In this document: piece after piece, positions 37,452 to 47,542 of the stretch
Layout of the letters: the number at the start of each line of letters is the position of its first letter
Position numbering within the stretch: the stretch's first letter is position 1
DNA from: Candidatus Omnitrophota bacterium
GTDB taxonomy: Bacteria; Omnitrophota; Gorgyraeia; Zapsychrales; Fredricksoniimonadaceae
Reading direction: 5' to 3'
Length of the DNA stretch: 64,000 nt
NCBI GenBank assembly: GCA_037131245.1
Contig: JBAXRK010000011.1
Location: forward strand, 16,699-80,698
Position numbers and translations under genes: made by a program
Notes under the pieces: generated by a model
Seen by the model: only the letters and a program-made list of their open reading frames with translations
Databases searched by the model: none
What the model was told of the DNA's origin: nothing

Positions 37452-38333
37452 ATGTTCAACCGCTCTTTTGGCCTTCTGATCATTTCTGTTCTTTTACTCC
37501 CTGTGACATCTTTTGCTGCCATCGAAAAAGCACTGCCCCTGACAGATGTGGATATCAAAGCCATGAACATCAAGGACCTGACTGTCAGAGAAAGCACCCT
37601 CTGGGGGCTTGAAATATACCGTAAGGGAGAATACGTCGAGGCGGTCAAGGTTTTCCAGAGCATCCTGCGCAAAGACTGCACGAACCGGCTGGCCCAGTAC
37701 CACCTGCAAAAGATCATGCAAAAAGGCCCTGACTTTGCTTTCCTTAAAGACTACCTTAACAAACTGCCCTGCGAAAAATACAACTTCAGCGAGGAAGATT
37801 TCCTGCCGGCCTCCTTTTATATGGAGAAAGATACCGACTTGATGCTGCAACAGCTTGAGGCCTACAACAAACGCTACATCACCAACAAAGCCGAACTGAC
37901 GGCGAAGATCGCCGAATACAAGATCCTGGCCGAAAGGCTGGAACAGCAAGTCACGGACATGACCCGCGCGCTGGAAGCGAATAAAAAAATGGGCGCGGAC
38001 GCGGTTGCGGAACTCAAACAGAAACTCGACCTGGCCAACAAGGACGCCAAACAAACGGCCGATCAGGTGGGCACCTTAAAAAAGAAATTGGCCGAAGAAG
38101 CTGCCCGGGCGCAGGAAGCCAGAGAGGCCGCCGTCACCGTGACCACGGCCGTGGTCAAAGCGCAAACCGTCACGGCGGTGCCGCAAGAACCGTCCGCCGC
38201 GGAAGAATTAACCACCCTTCAGGCCAAGTTCGCCGACATCCAAAAACGCCTGTTAAGGATCGAAGGCGCTGTGATCGAAAAGAACAATCAGATCCAAAAC
38301 ATCCGGAAAGACCTGGACGCTGTCAAACAATAG
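37452..38333 (+). CDS. Secreted coiled-coil protein (TPR-like head plus long coiled coil)
   Basis: ORF 37392.., trimmed to ATG 37452 (MFNRSFGLLIISVLLLPVTSFAA signal peptide). A heptad-rich K/E/A/Q tail follows. No recognisable enzymatic motif. Confidence 0.5.
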   Translation: MFNRSFGLLIISVLLLPVTSFAAIEKALPLTDVDIKAMNIKDLTVRESTLWGLEIYRKGEYVEAVKVFQSILRKDCTNRLAQYHLQKIMQKGPDFAFLKDYLNKLPCEKYNFSEEDFLPASFYMEKDTDLMLQQLEAYNKRYITNKAELTAKIAEYKILAERLEQQVTDMTRALEANKKMGADAVAELKQKLDLANKDAKQTADQVGTLKKKLAEEAARAQEAREAAVTVTTAVVKAQTVTAVPQEPSAAEELTTLQAKFADIQKRLLRIEGAVIEKNNQIQNIRKDLDAVKQ

Positions 38334-38341
38334 GGAGCCTT

Positions 38342-40432
38342 ATGCGTAATGCTTTTGTCACCCCCCGCCGCTTTTTTGTCTTATGCGCCCTGATCATCAG
38401 CAGCGCTGTCAGTTCGACAGCTTTCTGCCAGGCCTATACCGGGCAGGTGGCTTTCCTTGAAGAATATGCTACCCGGCTCTACGTCCGTGGCGATATCGAC
38501 GCGGCCAAAAAGGAATTCGAGCGTATTGCCCGGCTTGAACCCAAGAACGCCACGGCCGCCAAATATCTCGGCCTCATCACCCAGAAATCCGGCCAGACGG
38601 CCACCGGCGCTGGCACGGGCTTCAGCCGTATCGACGCCGCCATCAACGATATCACCTCCCTGAAAACCAACATCGCCCGCTATGAAACCGGCACCCGCGA
38701 CCTGGAATACCTGATCCGCAACCTGATCACCGAGAACGACGCGCTCTACGCCATGTTATATACCCGCTCGCGGGAACTCGGCGAATTGCGCGCCAAATTC
38801 AGCGGCACCGTTTACGCGGGGCCGTTCGATGAACTGATGAAAAGCCTGCCCCCCGACCGGGTGCCGCAGCATCTGCATCAGTCCAATGAATTACTGAAAC
38901 TCACCCGGGAATTCCCGGAATCCGCCGTCAACAGCCAGGCGGAAGAAGTCCAGCTCCTGGTCGCGCAAGTAGCCGCCGGTAAACAGGCCCTGGCCGCTGG
39001 AACCAAAACCGACGCGTTAAATGCCGCTATCACCGACAAGCGCTCGATCCTGGTTGAACAACAGCTGGCCCTCATCGACAAGCGCGACAACCTGGCCGTG
39101 CTTAAAGACAACCTCACCAAGATGAACGCCACGCTTAAAGACATCGACAATTACTATCAATCGATCAAGGCCGACCTTTCCACTAAGAATTTTACTGACC
39201 AGAAACAGTTCGCCGACCTGATGAACGACTACACCGTCAAGATCAAGGAATGTGACGCCCTGCGGGCGCGGGTTGACGCGACAGACAAAACCCTGGCCAA
39301 GCCGGCCAATGTCCTGATCACCCAGAACACTTCCCTGACCGATCTAAGCGCGGCGCTGACCGCCAAAGACCGGGAGATCGCGGATTACAAATCGCTGCTT
39401 GCCGCCAAAACCATGATCATCGACAAACAAAATGCCGATCTGGCTTTCACCGGCACGTCACTCGATAAAGCAGGCAGCAAACTTACAGCCATCGAGAATC
39501 TTCTAAAACAAAACGATGCCGATCTGGCCGACCTCCAGGCCGGCGTTGCCCGGATGCGCGTTCTGGTAGAAACAAAGAAGCCCGTACTTTCTCCTGTGCC
39601 GTCACCTGTTCCTGCTGCGGCAGCTCAGACCGTCAACACCACGGAAATGAAAGACGCGGCCGCGCAAAAGGATTATCAGGTCCAGGACCTCAAAACGGCC
39701 ATCACCTCTTACGCGGCCCAGTTGGCCGACGCGCAAGTTCAGCTGACTGACGCCAGGGCACAGATCACCGCCCTTAAAGATGAGAATGGTGCCTTAATGA
39801 ACGCTAACGGCGAAAGGGCCGCTTTCTGCGGCACGCTTAACGCCCGGCTGACAGAGCTGGCGGGAAAAACCTCCGACAAAACCAACGCGCTGCTGGCTGA
39901 AAAAGAAACCGCTCTATCGCTCTCTGCCCGGCTTGAGAAAATTGAAGGCCAGCTGACGGAAACCCGCGCCGGCCTGGCCGCCAGGGACCGTGAATTAGCT
40001 GACACTCAAACACGCCTGCGCGCGCGCGAAGCCGACTTGAGCAAGTTTGAAGCCGCTGCGCTGAAAACCGAACGCGAACTGCTCGACCAGAAAGCGGAGA
40101 ATACCGCCGCCCCCGCTGAAAACCAGATCCTGCATGAAACGCTCGCCGCCAAAGAAGCCGCCAGCAAGAACACCGCGCAAAATCTCTGCCTGGACATCCA
40201 GGAAAAAGACGAGCAATTAAAGGCCATGCAACAAGAATTATCCGAGAAAAACACCGTTATCGCGGAAGCGGGGCGTCAAAGCAAAAAACTGCAGGAAAAA
40301 CTGGCGATCATTGAAGCCAAGCAAGACGCCATCAAAGGCGTGATCCAGAAAAGGGATATGGAATTCCTGAAGATGGAAGCCGAGCGGGATGCCCTGGTTG
40401 CGCAAATGCAGAAGCTGCAGCCCAAACCATGA
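38342..40432 (+). CDS. Secreted large coiled-coil protein (TPR-like head plus ~600-aa coiled coil)
   Basis: 696 aa. Signal-like N-terminus ...CALIISSAVSSTAFCQA and a TPR-like segment (YVRGDIDAAKKEFERIARLEPKNATAAKYLG). The rest is heptad-rich A/L/K/E/D/T sequence. Confidence 0.5.
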   Translation: MRNAFVTPRRFFVLCALIISSAVSSTAFCQAYTGQVAFLEEYATRLYVRGDIDAAKKEFERIARLEPKNATAAKYLGLITQKSGQTATGAGTGFSRIDAAINDITSLKTNIARYETGTRDLEYLIRNLITENDALYAMLYTRSRELGELRAKFSGTVYAGPFDELMKSLPPDRVPQHLHQSNELLKLTREFPESAVNSQAEEVQLLVAQVAAGKQALAAGTKTDALNAAITDKRSILVEQQLALIDKRDNLAVLKDNLTKMNATLKDIDNYYQSIKADLSTKNFTDQKQFADLMNDYTVKIKECDALRARVDATDKTLAKPANVLITQNTSLTDLSAALTAKDREIADYKSLLAAKTMIIDKQNADLAFTGTSLDKAGSKLTAIENLLKQNDADLADLQAGVARMRVLVETKKPVLSPVPSPVPAAAAQTVNTTEMKDAAAQKDYQVQDLKTAITSYAAQLADAQVQLTDARAQITALKDENGALMNANGERAAFCGTLNARLTELAGKTSDKTNALLAEKETALSLSARLEKIEGQLTETRAGLAARDRELADTQTRLRAREADLSKFEAAALKTERELLDQKAENTAAPAENQILHETLAAKEAASKNTAQNLCLDIQEKDEQLKAMQQELSEKNTVIAEAGRQSKKLQEKLAIIEAKQDAIKGVIQKRDMEFLKMEAERDALVAQMQKLQPKP

Positions 40433-41652
40433 AAAAAAACGGCCTGACGATCCTGGAGATCATCGTCGTTATTGTTGTCATCGGTATCGTCACCGCGATC
40501 GCCATCCCACGGATAAAAGGGATGCAAGCCTCCGCTCATATCGAAAAAGTCCGCCGCGACCTTAAAACGATCCAATCAGCCATTGAAGCTTATCGCACGT
40601 TCCACCACAACGCCCTTCCGGCCAACATCACCACAGCCCTGACCAACAGCGTCCCGCAAATCCTTCCTTCAACACTGCCGGACCCGTTCGCCGCGAATGG
40701 CACCGATACCTATCAATATGAAAAAACATCCGACGATAAATACTACGCCCTTTACTCGCTCGGTCCCGACAAAGCGGTCGCCACCGCGGCCATCCTGACC
40801 ACCGGCGCGGTCCCAACGTCCGGTGATGATATCCTGATCACCAATGGGGCCGCGAGCGCGCTCGATACAGCCACGGATACCGCTAACTGCGGCACGATCG
40901 GAACCTCCTGCGGCCAGGCCCAAAGTTGCGCCGGAGGCGTTTGTCTTTCCCCTGCTCCGGGATCGATCGCCGATCACAATGCCTGCGACACGAACGCCGA
41001 CTGCGCGTCGGGAGCGTGCGCCGGAAGCCCGAAAGCCTGCCTGCCCGCCGGAGAAACGGTCAATGGAGATCCCTGCACCCTAAACACCGATTGCCTAAGC
41101 GGCGCCTGCTGCGGCGGCATCTGCACAAATACAAGCAGCAATGCCAATAATTGCGCTACCTGCGGGAACGCGTGTAACTTGGGCCCATGCTGCAACGCTA
41201 TTTGTGTAGGCACTTCCAACAAGAATAATTGCGGAGGCTGCGGTATTATCTGCCCAGGCAATCAGATTTGCGAATATGCCACCTGCCACGCGCCCTGCTC
41301 CAGTGGCGAAGTCTATTCCAGCCTGTCCTACACCTGTGTGAACCTAAACCTGGACCCCCAGAATTGCGGAACCCTCGGCTTTACCTGCGGAAACAATCAA
41401 ATTTGTGCCAATGGAATATGCCTGGGGTATCCCGGGGCGCTCTGCGCTAACAATGAAGAGTGCATCACCACCTATTGTGACGGAAATATTTGCACCGATG
41501 GATCAGATTTGTCCGGATGTGCCAATAACGCCTCCTGTGTGCACGGCTTCTGCGCCTCCATGCATGTGTGCACTAACCGCTCAAACGGGAATCCCTGCGG
41601 AGTCAACGCTGACTGCGTCAGCAATACCTGCTCAGGCGGGACTTGCTCCTAA
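40429..41652 (+). CDS. GspG-like pseudopilin with a 42-cysteine C-terminal repeat domain
   Basis: 407 aa with an ATGA overlap with the upstream gene. Prepilin motif KKNG/LTILEIIVVIVVIGIV and a GspG-like body (LPDPF...YALYSLGPDK...SGDDILITNG). From 40888 onward there are 9 short Cys-rich modules. Confidence 0.75.
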   Translation: MKKNGLTILEIIVVIVVIGIVTAIAIPRIKGMQASAHIEKVRRDLKTIQSAIEAYRTFHHNALPANITTALTNSVPQILPSTLPDPFAANGTDTYQYEKTSDDKYYALYSLGPDKAVATAAILTTGAVPTSGDDILITNGAASALDTATDTANCGTIGTSCGQAQSCAGGVCLSPAPGSIADHNACDTNADCASGACAGSPKACLPAGETVNGDPCTLNTDCLSGACCGGICTNTSSNANNCATCGNACNLGPCCNAICVGTSNKNNCGGCGIICPGNQICEYATCHAPCSSGEVYSSLSYTCVNLNLDPQNCGTLGFTCGNNQICANGICLGYPGALCANNEECITTYCDGNICTDGSDLSGCANNASCVHGFCASMHVCTNRSNGNPCGVNADCVSNTCSGGTCS

Positions 41653-41670
41653 GGTCGCCGGGAAGACAGC

Positions 41671-43062
41671 TCATTTGCCAATACAAAAGCCGGCGAAGAT
41701 CCGGTCGATCGCGTCAGTATCAATGTTCCGTCCGGTGATCGCGTCCAGCCGGTTCACCGCGGCCTTGATCCCTTCAGAAACGATCTCGAGCGGCGCCTTG
41801 TTCCTCAAGGCCTCCAGGGACTGCCGCAGCGCTTGCGCCGCCAGTCCAAGCGCCTCAACATGGCGCACGTTCGTCACCAATAAACCATTCGCGTCGGGCA
41901 CGCCTCCTTTGACAGCCAGGGAAGCCAATAACTCTTCGAGCTGATCGAGCCCGGCCCGGCTAAGCGCCGAAACTTCCACCACCGGACGGCCGGACGCCAG
42001 CGCCGCGATATTGTTCACGCCACCTGTTGGCAGGTCGCATTTATTAAGCACGATGACCGCGCGTGCCGAAGACGTGCGTGAAAGCAAATCGAGGTCCGCC
42101 GCTTCCAACGGCCGCGAACGGTCAAGCACCAGGATCACCATATCCGCCGCCGCGATCGACGCGTGGCTGCGGCGCACCGCCTCTTCTTCGATCTTATTGC
42201 GGGGTTCGAGGATACCGGCCGTATCGACCAGATTCACCGGGATCCCTTTGATGTTGGCACTTTCTTCCAACGTATCGCGCGTTGTGCCGGCCATATCGGT
42301 CACAATGGCCCGCTGATGTTTCAGGAGCGCGTTAAGCAGTGACGACTTACCGGCGTTCGGCTTGCCGCAAATGACCATCCGGATGCCCTGCCGCAAAACC
42401 ATGCCGCCATCAGCGGTGGCCAGCAAACGGTCCAGGCGCTTCTGGATGGCGACGATATTGTCCGCCGCTCCGGCGAACTGGCCCTGATCCGTGTCATCAT
42501 CAGGAAAATTCAGAAAAGCTTCCAGGCCTGCATAGACCGTCATCAGCCTATCGCGGATCGCGTTCAGTTCCGCCGATAATTCGCCACCCAGCTGATGGCT
42601 GGCCGCGCGCAGCGCGCTTTCCGTGCGCGCTGTAACCATATCCTGTACCGCTTCCGCCTGGGTCAGATCGATGCGGCCGTTCAAGAAAGCCCGCCTGGTA
42701 AACTCGCCGGGTTCCGCCAGGCGCGCCCCGTTCTTCAGGCAAAGTTCGAGCGCCACCCGCGCGGCAATAGCGCCACCATGGGTATGGATCTCGGCCACAT
42801 CCTCTGCCGTAAAACTGTGCGGCGCGCGCATCACCACAGCCAGAGATTCATCGACCTGCTTTCCGGCCAGATCCTTCACCCAGCCATAATGCATGACATT
42901 TGCTTTCCATCCCTGTGGCTCGCCGGCAGACTTGGCCGCAAAAACCTTACTTAGGACTTCGACGCTGCTCTTTCCACTCAAGCGCACAATAGCCACGCCA
43001 CCCGCTCCGGCGGCCGTGGCGATCGCGGCGATAGTGTCATCTAATCCCTTATACTGATACAT
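41671..43062 (-). CDS. mnmE: tRNA modification GTPase MnmE (TrmE)
   Basis: 463 aa. TIAAIATAAGAGGVAIVRLSG N-terminus, G-domain (GKPNAGKSSLLNAL, DTAG, NKCD) and the C-terminal CIGK motif. Confidence 0.93.
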   Translation of the reverse strand: MYQYKGLDDTIAAIATAAGAGGVAIVRLSGKSSVEVLSKVFAAKSAGEPQGWKANVMHYGWVKDLAGKQVDESLAVVMRAPHSFTAEDVAEIHTHGGAIAARVALELCLKNGARLAEPGEFTRRAFLNGRIDLTQAEAVQDMVTARTESALRAASHQLGGELSAELNAIRDRLMTVYAGLEAFLNFPDDDTDQGQFAGAADNIVAIQKRLDRLLATADGGMVLRQGIRMVICGKPNAGKSSLLNALLKHQRAIVTDMAGTTRDTLEESANIKGIPVNLVDTAGILEPRNKIEEEAVRRSHASIAAADMVILVLDRSRPLEAADLDLLSRTSSARAVIVLNKCDLPTGGVNNIAALASGRPVVEVSALSRAGLDQLEELLASLAVKGGVPDANGLLVTNVRHVEALGLAAQALRQSLEALRNKAPLEIVSEGIKAAVNRLDAITGRNIDTDAIDRIFAGFCIGK

Positions 43063-43076
43063 ATAAGCACCTTACA

Positions 43077-44537
43077 TTATGGAAAATCATACAAGTATAC
43101 CGAAGCCCCTTGCGTTTTGAAGGCCCGCAACTGTTTCCCCATCAGGTTCAACTCCTTTAGAAAAGCAGCCTCCTCCGATTTACTCGAGTGCGAAAAAAGG
43201 ACCCATACCCTTTTCTTTCCCGGAAACCTGGCAAGATCGCTCCTTAAGAATGCCCTATCAGGAATATCCTTAAACCAGCCACCCACCAGGCATCGTTCGG
43301 AGCGAAATTCCTCCGGCTCATAATATTGAAAAGCCGGCACAGACCAGAAATACAAATAAATATTATCCTCTGGCAGGCGATTCGTTTTCCAATATTGGAT
43401 CGCTCCCTTGATCTCTTCTTTTCGGATCGGCGCCTTCATTAATGCCGCAGACTGGCCAACCGGAACAACCAGCAAGGCAGCCGCAACCATCACACCCGCC
43501 AGCCTTCCCCATCCCCTGCCCTGAAAAAAGAAAACGCCTTCCGCCATGACCATCAGGACGACCGGCAGAATGAATAAAAGATAACGGCCGGTCAAAGGAT
43601 AATAATCCAACGCGGCAGCTGCCAATAACAATAACAATGGCGCCAGTAGATGCGCAAGGCGCCTGGAACATGTGATCGCCAACCCCACGCATCCAGAAAG
43701 AAATGCAACGGCACCGCCGATCCACATCCATCCCAGACCGACGACGCGTGAAAAAAAATCCTGAAGCGTTCTTGCAAACCAGGATATACGGCCGATCTCA
43801 GGAATAAAATACTCACGCCAGAAATCAATGAAATGATCCTGATTAGGATGCGCGCGCAAACACAGCGACCAAAGCCATACACCCGCCAATATCCAGACAG
43901 AGCCAATAACGATCAGGGAAGCGGCCCTATCCCGCTCTTTACGGACAACCCCATGAACACATTCAATGATCATCGATCCCGACAAAATAAAAACCGCCGT
44001 CACCGAGCACCAGATCATCAAGGCACCGCAAAAACCGTAAACGTATGCCCGCGATCGCGTCCAGGCCCCGTCCTGCATGCGCCTGACCAGTAGCAAGGCC
44101 ATCAAAGACACCAGCACATCTGTGGAATACTGCTTAAGCACCGACGCATAGTCGATCATCATCGGACATAGGGCAAAGAAAGCCACAGCCAACGGGATCG
44201 CACGGCGGGAAATCAATAGTAAAGCAACCCGGTAGAACAAAAAAAGAGCCCCTATCCCGGATAATAACGGGACAAGCCGCAACACGTTCTCACCATACCC
44301 GAACCAGACACCCACGGACTTTTCCAGAAACAAGAAACCTGGCGGAGCGAAGCTATTGTCAAAAGGCAGAAACAAAGTCTGAAATGATGCATTGATGATA
44401 TGAAGCGCCAGACGGGCTTCATCAAGCCCCATGGAGCGACCGCATGAAAACTGCCTCAAACGCAACAGAACACCAACAACAAGAAAAAAAGCCGTCACAA
44501 GCTCCGGCCACTTCCGGGTTTTAAGAGCGGAAAACAC
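43077..44537 (-). CDS. Polytopic GT-C-type glycosyltransferase-like membrane protein (GT39/ArnT-like)
   Basis: 486 aa with a GTG start (GGAGG 6 nt upstream). About 10 or more hydrophobic helices, a first-loop DE motif (GLDEARLAL) and a soluble C-terminal domain. Confidence 0.45.
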   Translation of the reverse strand: MFSALKTRKWPELVTAFFLVVGVLLRLRQFSCGRSMGLDEARLALHIINASFQTLFLPFDNSFAPPGFLFLEKSVGVWFGYGENVLRLVPLLSGIGALFLFYRVALLLISRRAIPLAVAFFALCPMMIDYASVLKQYSTDVLVSLMALLLVRRMQDGAWTRSRAYVYGFCGALMIWCSVTAVFILSGSMIIECVHGVVRKERDRAASLIVIGSVWILAGVWLWSLCLRAHPNQDHFIDFWREYFIPEIGRISWFARTLQDFFSRVVGLGWMWIGGAVAFLSGCVGLAITCSRRLAHLLAPLLLLLAAAALDYYPLTGRYLLFILPVVLMVMAEGVFFFQGRGWGRLAGVMVAAALLVVPVGQSAALMKAPIRKEEIKGAIQYWKTNRLPEDNIYLYFWSVPAFQYYEPEEFRSERCLVGGWFKDIPDRAFLRSDLARFPGKKRVWVLFSHSSKSEEAAFLKELNLMGKQLRAFKTQGASVYLYDFP

Positions 44538-45858
44538 GTGTTGCCTCCGCCGCTACAAAAACCGAACCGCAAACAAGTACCAGGCCGTCTCGCCCGGCCT
44601 GCGACCGCGCCTCTTGAAGGGCTTCCGCGACATTCGCGGACACCATGGCCGGCAAGCCGGGAAATAACCCCGCGCCGGCCAGCTGTTGCGGATCGCTCGC
44701 GCGAGAATGCGGCGACTTTGTAAAGATCACGCGCTCCACAACCGGTGCTAAAGCCCGGGCCATGCCGGCCGTATCCTTATCCGTGCTTGACCCGAAAACC
44801 AGGGTCACCCGGCGTCCGGGAAAAACCTCTGCCACCGTTTGGGCCAACGCGGCGGCCGACTCAACCGTGTGCGCGCAATCCACGACCACGAACGGATCCC
44901 GGCTGACGATCTCAAAACGTGCCGGCCAGCAAGCCTCCTTAACCCCGCGCGCCACGGCTTCTTCACTTAGCGCCAGGCTGAAAACTTCCAGGTCTTCAGC
45001 CATGGCGATAGCCATCGCCGCATTGGCCGCCTGATGGCGCCCGATCAAAGAGGTAGAAAGATCCCTATACGAACGGCGCCCTTCAACAGAAAAAACAGCT
45101 CCATCAATATCCTGTGACTTGACCGTTACGGCAATGTCCCGTCCTATCACGGAAGGGCTTATACCGAATTCCCGGCAACGTGCTTCAATAACCCCCATCG
45201 CGCCGGGCGCTTGAGGCGCCACCACGACAGACTGTGAATCTTCCTTAATGATCGCCGCTTTCTCCGCCGCGATCAATTCCAATGTGCCGCCAAGGATCAC
45301 CGTATGCTCCAGGCCGATAGGCGTGATGCCGCACACGCTTGTTTCAAAATAATTGGTGGCGTCCAGCCGCCCGCCCAGGCCGGTCTCAAGGACCACCAGC
45401 CTGACCTTCTGCCGCGCAAAGTAAACGACCGCCAATGCCGTCAGCAATTCGTAATACGTAATGTCCGTGCCCGATCCGCGAAGCGCATCGATCTCCCCCT
45501 GATGGCTGCGCAGGAGCTCATCAAGATCTTCTTGCGGGATCATGCCCTCGAACGGGCCGGCAGGTTGAACGTCAGGAGCCAGAACACGGATGCGTTCACG
45601 AACAGAATATAAATGGGGGGAGGTATAAAGCCCTACCCGGTACCCGGCCGCCCGAACAATGGACGCCAGGAACGCCGCTGTCGAGCCTTTGCCTTTAGAC
45701 CCGGCGATATGCGCGAAGCGCAACTTGCTTTCCGGATGACGGAAGATCCTCAACAACGGGATCATCCGATCGATAGAAAAAGACGAAACCCCGGCCTGGT
45801 CGAGCCGGGGTTCCCAATTCGTAAAACTGTTCAAATAAGCTTCGCTGTCAAATGACAT
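44521..45858 (-). CDS. folC: Folylpolyglutamate synthase / dihydrofolate synthase
   Basis: 445 aa. P-loop HIAGSKGKGST, then a Mur-ligase middle and C-terminal domains. Confidence 0.88.
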   Translation of the reverse strand: MSFDSEAYLNSFTNWEPRLDQAGVSSFSIDRMIPLLRIFRHPESKLRFAHIAGSKGKGSTAAFLASIVRAAGYRVGLYTSPHLYSVRERIRVLAPDVQPAGPFEGMIPQEDLDELLRSHQGEIDALRGSGTDITYYELLTALAVVYFARQKVRLVVLETGLGGRLDATNYFETSVCGITPIGLEHTVILGGTLELIAAEKAAIIKEDSQSVVVAPQAPGAMGVIEARCREFGISPSVIGRDIAVTVKSQDIDGAVFSVEGRRSYRDLSTSLIGRHQAANAAMAIAMAEDLEVFSLALSEEAVARGVKEACWPARFEIVSRDPFVVVDCAHTVESAAALAQTVAEVFPGRRVTLVFGSSTDKDTAGMARALAPVVERVIFTKSPHSRASDPQQLAGAGLFPGLPAMVSANVAEALQEARSQAGRDGLVLVCGSVFVAAEATRVFRS

Positions 45859-45870
45859 CGCTGGCGCCTG

Positions 45871-47427
45871 TCAATGCCGAAAATGCCGCACGCCCGTCAT
45901 GGCCATGGCCACCTTGCGCTTGTCGGCTTCGGTGATCACTTCCTGGTCGGCGATAGAACCGCCGGTCTGAATAATAGCTTTTACCCCGGCTTTGGCGGCA
46001 AAGGTCACCGTATCGGCTTTCGGCAAAAACGCGTCCGACGACAGGCAGGCGCCTTTCGCCAGCTTGCCGGCACGCGCGATAGCCAGTTTGGCGCTGTCCA
46101 CGCGCGAGGTCTGCCCCATCCCGATACCGACGGTTTTCGTCCCTTTGGTAAGCACGATGGCGTTGGATTTCACATACTTGACCACTTTCCAGCCGAACAA
46201 CAGCGACTCGACCTGAGCTTTGGTCAATTTAGCCTTGGTGACGAGCTTAAGTTCTTCCGGTTTTAATTCACGCGTATCCGCGCCCTGAAGTAAAAGGCCG
46301 CCGGGTACTTTCTTGAAATCAAAACGATCCTTCGCGTAATCTTCAACGGCCAGCTCCATCAGGCGCACGTTCTTCTTCTGCGCCAGAAGTTCGAAAGCCT
46401 CTTTGTCGAAACCGGGGGCGATCACGCATTCCATGAAACCACTCTTGGCGATCGCGGCCGCTGTCTTTTTATCAACCGTCCGGTTAAGGCCGATGATACC
46501 GCCGAAGGCCGACAATTTATCGCACGCCCAGGCATTGGTGTACGCCTTAGCAAGGTTTGCGTCCTCGGCAACTCCGCAGGGATTATTATGCTTGATGACC
46601 ACGGCCGCCGGTTTGGCGAACGCGTAGGAGATATCGACCGCCGCGAAAAGGTCGAGGATATTATTGAAGGAAAGCTCTTTACCATGCAACTGCTTCATTT
46701 TGGCCAGAGCCTTAACGGCATCGGCATCACGGTAGAACGCCGCCGGCTGATGTGGATTCTCGCCATAACGAAGGTCCTGCACCTTAACAAAATTCAACCC
46801 GACCTGGGCCGGCATCTCGGTGAACGCATCCGACGTAAAACGGCGCCCCAGGAACTGCGCGATGGCGCGGTCGTAAGCGGAGGTGCGCTCAAAAACTTCC
46901 ACAGCTAAATTAAAAAGGAGGGTGTCCGGCAAAATACCGCTATTGGTCTCGAGCTCTTTAAGGACATCCTTATAACGCTCGGGATTGCAGATGACCGCGA
47001 CGCTTTTGTAATTCTTGGCGCCCGACCGGAGCATGGACGGCCCGCCGATATCGATATTCTCGATCGCTTCAGCAAGGTCCACGTTCTTCTTGGCCGTGAC
47101 TTTTTCAAAAGGGTAAAGATTGACCACCACCATGTCGATCAGCCCGATGCCGTGCTCGGCGACGGTTTCCATGTGCTCGGGATTATCGCGCAGGGCAAGT
47201 AACCCGCCATGGACCTTGGGATGAAGGGTCTTCACGCGGCCGTCAAGCATTTCAGGGAATCCGGTATGTTCGGAAACATCCTTCACCGTAAACCCGGCAT
47301 CACGCAGCATTTTAGCCGTGCCGCCGGTGGAAAGGATCTCGACATTGAACTTGGCCAGCCCTTTGACCAGGTCGATGAGGCCGGTTTTATCCGAAACACT
47401 AATAAGCGCGCGCTTGACTTTGATCAT
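45871..47427 (-). CDS. purH: Bifunctional AICAR transformylase / IMP cyclohydrolase
   Basis: 518 aa. MGS-like N-terminus (KRALISVSDKTGL...LSTGGTAK) and an AICARFT domain ending ...GVRHFRH. Confidence 0.95.
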   Translation of the reverse strand: MIKVKRALISVSDKTGLIDLVKGLAKFNVEILSTGGTAKMLRDAGFTVKDVSEHTGFPEMLDGRVKTLHPKVHGGLLALRDNPEHMETVAEHGIGLIDMVVVNLYPFEKVTAKKNVDLAEAIENIDIGGPSMLRSGAKNYKSVAVICNPERYKDVLKELETNSGILPDTLLFNLAVEVFERTSAYDRAIAQFLGRRFTSDAFTEMPAQVGLNFVKVQDLRYGENPHQPAAFYRDADAVKALAKMKQLHGKELSFNNILDLFAAVDISYAFAKPAAVVIKHNNPCGVAEDANLAKAYTNAWACDKLSAFGGIIGLNRTVDKKTAAAIAKSGFMECVIAPGFDKEAFELLAQKKNVRLMELAVEDYAKDRFDFKKVPGGLLLQGADTRELKPEELKLVTKAKLTKAQVESLLFGWKVVKYVKSNAIVLTKGTKTVGIGMGQTSRVDSAKLAIARAGKLAKGACLSSDAFLPKADTVTFAAKAGVKAIIQTGGSIADQEVITEADKRKVAMAMTGVRHFRH

Positions 47428-47467
47428 AAAGAGTCCTTATTAATAGTGGAGCTTTCCCGAAAAGATC

Positions 47468-47532
47468 GGGCCCTTTAGCTTCGGCATATGATCGTCTGAA
47501 CTCGCATCCGATCATATACCGAAGCCGGGCCC
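47468..47532 (-). terminator. Long imperfect hairpin between rpsU and purH (putative terminator/attenuator)
   Basis: Arms at 47468..47494 and 47509..47532 pair as GGGCCC + GCTTCGG + ATATGATCG. That is about 22 bp with one internal loop and one mismatch, and a 14-nt loop. On the minus strand it is followed by GATCTTTTC. Confidence 0.45.
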
Positions 47533-47542
47533 GCTCATGACA

